From NCBI RefSeq assembly GCF_030028105.1, contig NC_092377.1, positions 3,601,079 to 3,665,078 of the forward strand: a DNA stretch of 64,000 nt. The letters are read 5' to 3'. Shown piece by piece: positions 25,501 to 37,500 of the stretch. The notes under the pieces were generated by a model. It was not told the DNA's origin, searched no databases, and saw only the letters and a list, made by a program, of their open reading frames with translations. The position numbers and the translations under genes are program-made. Each line of letters begins with the position of its first letter. Within the stretch, counting starts at the first letter, position 1. This DNA is from Mobula birostris. Its lineage: Eukaryota.

Positions 25501-28500
25501 TGATTCTCTAAATGCCTATAGATCCTATCTCTAAGAATCTTTTCCAACAGCTTTCCCACCACAGATGTAAGGCTCACTGGTCTATAATTACCCGGACTAT
25601 CCCTACTACCTTTTTTGAACAAGGGGACAACATTCGCCTCCCTCCAATCCTCCGGTACCATTCCCGTGGACAACGAGGACATAAAGATCCTAGCCAGAGG
25701 CTCAGCAATCTCTTCTCTCGCCTCGTGGAGCAGCCTGGGGAATATTCCGTCAGGTCCCGGGGACTTATCTGTCCTAATGTATTTTAACAACTCCAACACC
25801 TCCTCTCCCTTAATATCAGCATGTTCCAGAACATCAACCTCACTCATATTGTCCTCGCCATCATCAAGTTCCCTCTCATTGGTGAATACCGAAGAGAAGT
25901 ATTCATTGAGGACCTCGCTGACTTCCACAGCCTCCAGGCACATCTTCCCACCTTTATCTCTAATCGTTCCTACCTTCACTCCTGTCATCCTTTTTTTCTT
26001 CACATAATTGAAGAATGCCTTGGGGTTTTCCTTTACCCTACTCGCCAAGGCCTTCTCATGCCCCCTTCTTGCTCTTCTCAGCCCCTTCTTAAGCTCCTTT
26101 CTTGCTTCCCTATATTCCTCAATAGACCCATCTGATACTTGCTTCCTAAACCTCATGTATGCTGCCTTCTTCCTCTTGACTAGATTTTCCACCTCACTTG
26201 TCACCCATGGTTCCTTCACCATACCATTCTTTATCTTCCTCACTGGAACAAATTTATTCCTTACATCCCGCAAGAGATCTCTAAACATCGACCACATGTC
26301 CATAGTACATTTCCCTGCAAAGACACCATCCTAATTCACACCTGCAAGTTCTAGCCTTATAGCCTCATAATTTGCCTTTCCCCAATTAAAAATTTTCCTG
26401 TCCTCTTTGATTCTATCCTTTTCCATGATAATTATAAAGGCCAGGGAGCGGTGGTCACTGTCCCCCAGATGCTCACCTACTGAGAGATCTGTGACCTGAC
26501 CCGGTTCATTACCTAATACTAGATCTAGTATAGCATTCCCTCTGGTCGGCCTGTCCACATACTGTGACAGGAATCCGTCCTGGACACACTTAACAAACTC
26601 TGCCCCATCTAAAGCCTTATAGTATGTGTGTATATGTGTATAGGTGTGTGTGCATATATAAAAATTTAAAAAATAACCAGGACGCCTGTTCTTCCAGCTA
26701 ACTCTCAGAATATGTTGGAGGCATTTTTGTAGGGATTTTACCAGCCAACACTGCAACAGGACATGAGGATCACAGATCGGCCTCGTCAGTCATCTCAAGA
26801 CCTACAAGTGACCAGATCAACCACCAGTAATCATACCCGACTACGAATGATCACAGACGGTGATGATGATATATAGTGTAATGCCCGAGTTAAGATTTCT
26901 ACGGCAGGCTGTGAGGTATTTTATTTCAGCAGCTTTCTGAAAAAGCATTGTGTCTTGCTTTTTGGCTAAAACAAGGGGCCATGTTGTCGAAATTAGGAAT
27001 GTTGTGTCAGCCAATCAGGAGTGGGATGGCATGGAGCATTCTTGAGAGCTGGATGGGAAGAGTTTTCTGAAGGACAGTTGTCCGGTTTGGTGTCCTTTGG
27101 CGGCAGGTGTGGAGAGAAGAGCACCAGGGAAGACGCCTGGAGGATCCCATCCTACGGGGAGACCCTATTGCAAGAAGTGCTTCGCAAGGCACAGGATTCC
27201 AAGAAGGGAAGTTCTACCTGTGGTTGGTGAGGAGAATTCACCATTGTGATTAAAGCTACTTCAAGCTGCTACAGAAATGAACTCCAGCGTTTATGTGCAC
27301 ATTTAGACCAGTTTAACCGTGATGGGCCCATTTATCTCTCTCTTTCTTTCTCTGATAACGGTTCGATAAAGTTGAAAATTGGTAAATATGCTTTCTTTAT
27401 AATACTATGCTGGTGTATGATCTGTCATTTCTGGGCTACCGATAACTGTGTATGGGCAGTATTTACACAGCATTCACTCAAATCAAAGTTCATTTAATCA
27501 GAATATCTTGACGTTCCTCTTTGGTTGAACCCCAAATCATACCAACCCACGACGCGTATTGGTTATGAAAGATGGCCATCTCATCGCTGAATCACGTGGC
27601 TGTTAGCGGAGTCAGCGAACGAGCCAAGTTGGTGTATGACCCTGGTGAGAGGCTTGCATGTATAAAATTTTAGGAAGAAATCAAACAAAATAGTGAGCTT
27701 GTGTTCATGAGTTCATTGTCCATTCAGAAATATGATAGTGGAGGAGAAGATGATCCTGAAATGTTGAGTGTGTGTCTTCAGGCTCTTGTACCACATCCTG
27801 TAATGAGGTCATCAGGCCTGTGTGGGCCGCTGGAGACTGCTGGGCTCTGAGCTTTAATTGTTGTTTAGCGAGATTCTTTAATAGAGTTCCTTGTGTTTTT
27901 CTCGAGCAACTCACTCTTTGTAATGCATTCTCCTGTTGCTGTCTGTTTAAGCTTGTTAACTTTATTTTGATCAGCTCAGGGATTCTGCTTTACTTGTATT
28001 ATTTAAGCGAGTGCTCTATTCGTGCTGATTGCTGGGTCCTGGTTTTGAGAATGTTTACTTCTCACGGTGTCACTCAGACGAGCTCTGATGTTCTTTTGGA
28101 ATTAATATGCATAAACTCTGGTTGCCGTTTCTACAGTAGTGTCAGTCTTTCCTCTACACATGGGTTCTGATATTGCCAGTGCACATTGTGACATCCCCTT
28201 GACAGTAGCAATGAAAAGTGGGCAAGTCCTGGGTGATGAGGGTCCTTAGTGTCAATGCCAAATTTCAGAGATATTGCTTCTGGAAGGTGTCCTGGATACT
28301 GGAGAGGTTGATGCCCATGATGGAGCTGGCTGAGCACATGAACATGAAGATTCAGAAATGGTTTCTAAAGTCTGCCATCAGATTTCTGAATGGTCTATCG
28401 ACACTGTTTTGTTATTCATTGTTTTTCACTTTTAATTTTGTATTTACAGTAATTTTATGTGTTTGCACTGCATGCCAACCAATATTGACTCTTCCATAGT

Positions 28501-31500
28501 AACTCCATCGTCTGGCACCTTGTCCATCACCCTCTCTGCCTAAGTGTTCATTGTTAGTGCTGTCAGAGACCCAGTTTCTGACACTCTCTCTGGCAGTGTG
28601 ATCTGGTATTCCTGCTCTCTGGTTGAAGAGGCCCTGCACATCCCCTCTGAATCTCTTCCCAATCACCTTAACACCATGTTCTCGAATTTTATCTACCCCT
28701 GATATGGGGATGAGTTTTCTGCAGTCTAAAGCCTATCTATGTCCCTCATAACTCTGTACACCTCAATCGTCCGTCTTGAGCTCCCCTGCCCAAGGGAGAC
28801 CAGACTCAGCTTCTCCGGTCTCTCCTCATAACGGAACTGTTTCATCCCAGACAACATCCTGGTGGAGCTTCTGTGTTCTCCCACTGTTTCATTCAGATTC
28901 AATTCCTTTACCAACCATGTGTGATTCAATATTATTGAAAGAAGATACAAAATAAAACGTTACTTACCCTTCTGGCTTCAATCTCTGTTGAAAACATGCC
29001 CATTTTTTCACATAGCATATTGTTGTTACTAAGATGCAGAATAAGAGGACGAGTACGAGGATACTGACGAGAATACTGGCCAAGACTTTCGAAGACCCAC
29101 CTTCATCCGCTTCTGAAAAATAGCAAAGATTTATGTTAGTTTAATATTGGTAATGTGAATTGTCCTTTGGATGACAGGTTTAATATGTGAACACTGGAGG
29201 CCGATAGTTCTCCCTGAGACATCTCATTAACAGTCAGTAAGGGAGAGAGCGCCGTGTGAAGGATGGACTACTGTGCTGCTATTGTACCGAAGGAAAGAAA
29301 CATCAAGGTTATTAATAATAATAACTTATTAAAAAGCACTTTTCATACAGACAATGTAGACATTGGGATAAAGTACAAACATGAAAATTAAAATATAATC
29401 ATGAAAATAGATTAGAAGCACGGTTAAATAAATGGGTTTTGATCTGGTGTTTAAAAGTGTCAACTGAGTCTGTGTCTCTTACAGTTTAGGTTTTGAATTC
29501 CACAGTTTATGAGCATAATTCAAAAAAGGTGATCTGCCAATTATCCTTCCATTTGAGAGGCCGGCAGAAGAAGACCAGGGAACTCGATCAGGATTATAAA
29601 ACAAAAATGACTCTGTGATGTACTCCGGTCCCAGACTATTAAGGGTTTTAAAAAACAAATAAGAGAACTTTAAGATCAATTTTTAAACATCCAGGCAGCC
29701 AATGCTGAGTAGCTAGGACGGCGGCGATATGCTCCCTCAGCAGTGGTGTTCTGAATGAGTTGAAGTGTGAACATTAATAACACGGACTAGTTTCTATAAT
29801 GACTTCCATCTGCAATGTTAGTTTATTGCTCTCATTTTAATCGAAGGTGCAGGTTGTGAAACTCCAAGGACAGTGATGTTAATGTTTGCTCACCGATGAA
29901 TTCCCTGGTGGCCTCCAGCACTGACCAGTACTGAGTGGGGTGAAAACAGAAGGCCACGCATGTGGTGTACGGGCCGGAGGGGCGGAGAGCTGTTCTGGAT
30001 GGTAGTGAGGGCCTGGCCAGTAACCTCGATTGAAGCCCGTGGACCGAACTGTGCACACTGCCGACCGTGATGCGGCTGCGATCGTCTACAGAAGGCATCA
30101 CTGGTCTCCGGTGGGCAGTGGCTATTCGTTAGTTGAAAGCGTCACCAATTCACCGGGGGTGCAACAGACTCAGTCCCGGGTGCCAGATGGCGTGATCAGG
30201 TGGGAAGGAAAGTAACATCCCGAAGATGCTGAAAGTCTGAGACAAATGCTGTTTATACTCAGCAGGGCTGGTGGTGTCTGTGGAGGGAGGAACTGGGTTG
30301 ATATGTTGATATTTTCAGGCTGATGCATTTGCTGGGGCAAATGGGAGGAGGGATGATGTCTTTGCTGCTGCTTGTCCGTGGGATTTTTGACACATCGAAT
30401 AAACACACTTGCACAAAAGTGCTAAGCAAATCCAGACATTTTTCCTTTGGTCATAACCCATGTATCTAACAGAAATGATGGGCAGGTGGAAGCAGGTGGA
30501 GGAGAAGGAGAGGTAGAGATGAGCAGAGAGAGGAAGTTCAGGTGGAGGGGACAATAGATTGAGGCTGCACACGCTGGAATCTGATCACTGTCATTATTAT
30601 GTGCCTGGTCTGTATGATTTGCATGATCACGGTCTACTGATCTATGACCATCATTGTTCTTGGAAAAGTTTTCTACAGCAGCGGCTTGACATTGTCTCCT
30701 TCTGAGCAGTGTCTTCACAAGATAGGTGACCCCAGCCATTATCAATATTCTCCAGTGATTGTACGCCTGATATCAGCGGTCATATAACTAGGGCTAGTGA
30801 TTTGCACCAGCTGCTTGTATTACCATTCACCACTTGCTCCCCCGGCTGCTCGTGACCCTGATCGGGGTGAGGGTGGGGGGCTAAGCGGGAGCTACACATT
30901 GACCACAGGGATGGAGGACCTTCATTCTGCCCCAAATGCCAGTGGTGTAATGGGCAGGAAGTAGGTACTGTGAGTAAGTCCACCTTGTACAGGCTAGCAG
31001 AGGGAAGGAGCACCTTACGCCTCCTTCGGTAGAAAGCTACCTGCCACTTTTTTGCCCATTCTTCCAATTTGTCTAAGTCCTGCTTCAATCACATTGCTTC
31101 CTCAACACTACCTACACCTCCACCTGTCTTCGTATCATCCGCAAACTTTGCCACAAAGCCATCAATTCCATTATCCAAATCATTGACAAACAATGTGAAA
31201 AGTAGTGGTCCCAATACTGACCCCTGAGGAACATCACTAGTCACTGGCAACCAGCCAAAAAAGGCCCCCTTTATACCCACTTGCTGCCTCCTGCCTGTCA
31301 GCCGTTCCTCTATCCATGCCAGTATCTTTCCTGTAACACCATAGGATTTTATCATGTTAAACAGCCTCATGTGTGGCACCTAATCAAACTGAAAATCCAA
31401 GTAAATGACATCAACTGCTCTCCATTATCCACCCTGCTTGTTACTTCCTCAAAGAACTCTAACAGATTTGTCAGGCGAGATTTCCCTTCACAGAAACCAT

Positions 31501-34500
31501 GCTGACTTTGACTTATTTTATCATTCGTCTCCCAGCACCTCGAAACCTCATCCTTAATAATAGACACCAACATTTTCCCAACCACTGAGATTAGGCTAAC
31601 TGGCCTATAGTTTCCTATCTTTTGCCTTCCTTCCTTCTTAAAGAATGGAGTGACATTTGCAATCAAGTGATTCTTGATTTAATCTGAGCCTAATCCCCAT
31701 ATTCAATCTGAGCCAAATGAGGGGACAATTTACAAGGACCAATTAACCTCCCAACCAATATGTCTTCGTTCTGTTGGCGGAAACCAGAGCACCTGGAGAA
31801 TAGCCATGCAGTCATGGGTAGAACGTACAAACTCCTTACAGCAGTGCACAAATTGAATCTGGGTCGTCGACACTGTAACACACTGTGCTAACCACTACAC
31901 TGGTTAGGGCAAGGGGGTAGGGCACCCAGAAGGTTAAGTTTGCGTGAGACAGGCAGATGGGTGACGGGAATGGAACTGGGTAAAGGGTCTGGGTGGAGTG
32001 AGAGACAGTATGAGTATGAAAAGCAGACAGGTAAGGAGTTATCCAAAACTGGAAAAATCTAATTTGAAATCCCAGATTGAGGAGCAATATTCCACAAAAT
32101 TGTTGTCAGATGTATTAATGAAAACTAAATTATTTAATATCTTTAAGATATTTAGAAATAATCACATCATAGTTTAATGAAAGTAATTTACAAAGTTGTT
32201 GTCCTGGCCCATACATGCTCATTATCTCCAGTACTAGAAATCAGTTCGCATTGTGTAAACTGAACTTACTAATGACAATGAGCCGGGATCCATTTCCACT
32301 GATGTCTCCCCACACTCTGCAGTAATAGTCGGCAGAGTCATTGACCTTGACCTTTGTGATGATGAGGATGAAACTGCTACTGGAGGAGTTCCTGGAGGGT
32401 TGGAACCTCTCAGTGAAACCTGGTCTCCTTCGTACGCTCCCTCCTGCCTCGTGTGTTAAGACCCACTCCATGTCCTGCCCGGGCAGCCTCCGATACCAGT
32501 GGACATCAGTGTTTCCCACTCCGGCGTTCTTCATGGTGCACCATAACCGTGCCGATTGCCCCTCGGTGATGCTCTCCTGACTTGGGGACTGGATAAGGAC
32601 TGGAGGATTGGCAACTGTAAAGGGAAAATATCAATTACCTTAAAAATCTTTCTGCGTAACGACGTCTAAGAGAGTAAACAGATTGAAATATTAAATTTAT
32701 AGAATTGTTTCAGCTGCACTGTATGATGCAAATGGAAGCACTTTGCTGAGAGTTATTAATTGTACAGAAATGGCTCTTATCGTATTTAAAAGCATTAGTG
32801 TTGTATTTATTGTCCTCTGCACAAGTACATACCAGGACAGATGCAATGAAACACTTGCAGATCAGGCACAGAGCATCAAATAGGCAGCATTCACAAGAAA
32901 ACACCAATTATACACAAATTTTACAATAAAGAACGTAATTTGAACTAAAATAAAACACAGCTCGTTTTAGTACACTGTGATCAAAATGACCATTGTCTTG
33001 TTAAACTGTAGTGAGTTGGGCTGTGCTGCTTGGTTCAGGAAATCAATGGCTGAAGGGAAATAGTTGTTCTTGAATGTGGTGGTGTGAGACTTCAGGCTTC
33101 TGTACCTCCTGCCTGATGGTATCAGTAAGAAAGTAGATTGGGAACAGCTGACTGAAGGAAAAACAACATTTGATGGGAGAGGCATTTAAAAGTGAGATGC
33201 TGGGACGTGAGGATCAACATGTTCCTGTTCAAGGAAGACTGGTGGGAACTGATGGAAGCTCAATACTGCCTTCAGCTGTCTGGTTGTATCATTTTGTGGT
33301 ACGGAAGCTGCAAGGCATCAGACCGTAAGACTCTACAGAGGATAGTGAAAACTGCCAAGGACCACCCACACCATCCTCCCCTCTATTTGTGACATTTACC
33401 AGGACCATTGCTGACGAAGAGCTTGAAGCATTGTTGAGGGTTCCCACCACCCATCAGCAATTAGCAATTGGACTCACAATAATATTTTCTGAGGTATTTG
33501 GAAAGTTTGGCAAAGAACATATCAAATTTCATTCCAGTATCAAGAGGAGACATTGAAGTATTGAACTCATGTTGTTTGTTGTTCCTGTTCGCCCCTTGTG
33601 GCATCGGGCAGCACTTTTGCCATTTCCATAGCATTTGACTGTTTCTTTACAAGGATGAATTCTGTAATCTCTTTGACCCACTACGGTCAGGAAGGAGGGA
33701 CAGGAGCATCAGGACTGGGACTGGCAGACTGGGTAACAGCTTCTTCCCTCAGGCTGTGAGACTAATGAATACCCTGTCACCACCGAGATCTCCTCACTAG
33801 CACAGTGAGCTGTTTATTGTTTACCTGTGCTGTGCTCTACATGCATTTTGAATGATATCTTATTAATGTATTGATGGTAATATTTTGTTTTATGTGCTGT
33901 GCGTGACGTATGTTTTGTGGGTGAACCATGGTCTGGAGGAATGTTGCTCCGTTTTAGTTGTATACGTGTACAGTCAGATGACTAAACTTGAACTATTAGT
34001 CAGGCAAAGGTGTTTGGGAAGCTGAAAGGTTTGAAAGTAGATAAGTCACCTGGACCAGGTGTGTTCACCCCAGGATTCTCAGAGTGGAAACTGAAGGGTT
34101 TGTGGAGGCATTAGTACTGGACTTTCAAGTTTCACGAGATTTTGGAATGGTTCTGGATGACCGTAAGTTGTATGTTACTCCATTATTCCCATTCTTTGCA
34201 ACCTTCCGATCAGTCAATGCTCAATCCATGCAAGTATCTTACCATGGGCTCTTATTTTGTTACGCAGCCTCATGGCCACCTTGTCAGGCTCATTGGCCTA
34301 TAATTTCCTTTCTTTTGTTTCCCTGCTTTCTTAAAGAGCCACTTATCCAATAAAGAATGTTGTGCCATTGGAGAGGGTCAAAAGGAGATTCCTGTGAGGA
34401 TTCGGGCACAGATTGTTAAATAAACTACAGTGCACAGTATGAGAGGTAATATACTAATGTGGACAACACACACAAAATGCTGGTGGAACGCAGCAGGCCA

Positions 34501-37500
34501 GGCAGCATCAATAGGAAGAAGTACAGTCGACGTTTTGGGCCGAGACCCTTCGTCAGGACTAACTGAAAGAAGAGATAGTTAGAGATTTGAAAGTGCGAGG
34601 AGGAGAGGGAGATCCAAAATGATAGGAGAAGACAGGAGGGGGAGGGATGGAGCCAAGAGCTGGACAGGTGATTGGCAAAAGGGATACGAGAGGATCATGG
34701 GACAGGAGGCCCAGCGAGAAGGAAAAGGGGGAGGGGAGCACCAGAGGAAGATGGAGAGCAGGCAAGGTGTTATTGTGAGAGGAACAGAGAGAGAAAAAAG
34801 AGAGAGAGAGAAGAAAAAAAGGGGGGGGGAATAATAAATAAATAAATAAGGGATGGGGTAAGAAGGGGAGGAGGGGCATTAATGAAAGTTAGAGAAGTCA
34901 ACGTTCATGCCATCAGGTTAGAGGCTACCAAGATGGAATATAAGGTTTTCCCCTTTTTTCTCTCTCTCTCTCTTTTTTCTCTCTCTGTTCCTCTCACAAT
35001 AACTCCTTGCCTGCTCTCCATATTCCTCTGGTGCTCCCCTCCCCCTTTCTTTCTCCCCAGGCCTCCCGTCCCATGATCCTCTCATATCCCTTTTGCCAAT
35101 CAACTTTCCAGCTTTTGGCTCTATCCCTCCCCCTCCTGTCTTCTCCTATCATTTTGAATCTCCCCTCCCCTCCCACTTTCAAATCTCTAACTATCTCTTC
35201 CTTCAATTAGTCCTGACAAAGGGTCTCGGCCCGAAACGTCGACTGTGTTTCTTCCTATGGGTGCTGTCTGGCCTGCTGCGTTCCACCAGCATTTTGTGTG
35301 TGTTGCTTGAATTTCCAGCATCTGCAGATTTCCTCGTGTTTGCGATGCTAATGTGGACTGTGGATTGGTTATGAACAGAAAACAGTCTGTTCAGAACCAG
35401 TTTCTGAAACAGAAATGGCCATTTTAGGATTGTGTGACTCTGAGTCTTGGGGTATCACAGTGAATTGATCAGTGATGTCGGTGAAGGGACTGTGCAATGG
35501 ATAAGGTTACTGATTGGCAGTGTGGCTATGAGGAGAATGTGGAGAGATTTCAGACAGACAGAGAAGCAGGACCTCAAAGGTAGGCACCTCGGGGTTACTC
35601 CCTGTGCCACGCGACTGTGAGAATAGGAATAGAATGAGGTGGAGGATAAATGCATGGCTGAGGGATTGGAGCAGGGGGCAGGGATTCAGATTTCTGGATG
35701 ATTGGGACCTCCTTTGGGGCAGGTGTGACCTGTACAAAAAGGATGGGTTGCACTTGAATCCCAGGGGGACCAATATCCTGGCAGGGAGGGTTGCCAAGGC
35801 TACTGGGGAGAGTTTAAACTAGAATTGTTGGGGGGTAGGGAACAGAACTGAAGAGACTGGGGAAGAGGAGGTTGGCTAACAAATAGAGAAAGCTTGTAGA
35901 CAGTGCAAGAGGGAAGATAGGCAGATGATAGAGAAGGGACACGCTCAGACTGACGGTTTGTGATGTGTCTATTTTAACGCAAGGAGTGTTGTGAACAAAG
36001 CGAATGAGCTTAGAGCGTGGATCAGTACTTGGAGATATGAGGTGGTGGTCATTACAGAGACTTGGATGGCTCAGGTACAGGAATGGTTACTTCGAGTGCC
36101 AAGCTTTAGATGTTTCAGAAAGGACAGGGAGGGAGGCAAAAGAGGTGGGGGTGCGGCACTGTTGATCAGAGATAGTGTCACGGCTGCAGAAAAGGTGGAC
36201 GCCATGGAGCGGTTGTCTACGGAGTCTTTGTGGGTGGAGGTTAGGAACAGGAAGGGGTCAATAACTTTACTCGTGTGTCTTTTATAGGCTGCCCAATAGT
36301 AACAGGGACATCGAGGAGCAGATAGGGAGACAGATCCTGGAAAGGAGTAATAATAACAGGGTTGTCATGATGGGAGATTTTAATTTTCCAAATATTGATT
36401 GGCATCTCCCTAGAACAAGGGGTTTAGATGGGGTGGAGTTTGTTAGGTGCATTCAGGAAGGTTTCTTGACACAATATGTAGATAAGCCTACAAGAGGAGA
36501 GGCTGTACTTGATCTGATATTGGGAAATGAACCTGATCAGGTGTCAGATCTCTCAGTGGGAGAGCATTTTGGAGATAGTGATCATAATTCTATCCCCTTT
36601 ACAATAGCATTGGAAAGAGATAGGAAGAGACAAGTTAGAAAAGCATTTAATTGGAGTAAGGGGAATTATGAGGCTATCAGGCTGGAAATTGGAAGCTTAA
36701 ATTGGAAACAGATGTTCTCAGGGAAAAGTATGGAAGAAATGTGGCAAATGTTCAGGGGATATTTGTGTGGAGTTTGCATAGGAACGTTCCAATGAGACAG
36801 GGAAGTTATGGTAGGGTACAGGAACCGTGGTGTACAAAGGCTGTAACAAATCTAGTCAAGAAGAAAAGAAAAGCTTACAAAAGCTTCAGAGAGCTAGGTA
36901 ATGTTAGAAATCTAGAAGATTATAAGGCTAATAGGAAGGAGCTTAAGAAGGAAATTAGGAGAGCCAGAAGGGGCCATGAGAAGGCCTTGGCAGGCAGGAC
37001 TAAGGAAAACCCCAAGGCATTCCACAAGTATGTGAAGAGCAAGAGGATAAGACGTGAAAGAATAGGACCTATTAAGTGTGACAGTGGGAAAGTGTGTATG
37101 GAACCGGAGGAAATAGCAGAGGTACTTAATGAATACTTTACTTCAGTATTCACTATGGAAAAGGATCTTGGTGATTGTAGTGATGACTTGCAGCAGACTG
37201 AAAAGCATGAGCATGTAGATATTAAGAAAGAGGATGTGCTGGAGCTTTTGGAAAGCATCAAGTTGAATAAGTCGCTGGGACCGGATGAGATGTACCCCAG
37301 GCTACTGTGGAAGGAGAGGGTGGAGATTGCTGAGCCTCTGGCAATGATCTTTGCATCATCAATGAGGATGGGAGAGATTCCGGATGATTGGAAGGTTGCA
37401 GATGTTGTTCCTTTATTCAAGAAAGGGAGTAGAGATAGCCCAGGAAATTATAGACCGGTGAGTCTTACCTCAGTGGTTGGTAGATTGATGGAGAAGATCC

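Larger units (their letters stand above)
34465..35347. mobile_element. Penelope-like element end with internal inversion, inserted into an old CR1
   Basis: Inverted arms about 34465-34830 and 34946-35303. 11-bp TSD CTAATGTGGAC (34454-34464, 35348-35358). The host CR1 frame rejoins across it (RGNILMWTVDWL). Confidence 0.82.

Noticed and set aside
29800-31020. GC-richer stretch with several short ORFs
   Set aside because: No recognisable domain or splice-compatible exon; probably old retroelement sequence that I could not classify.
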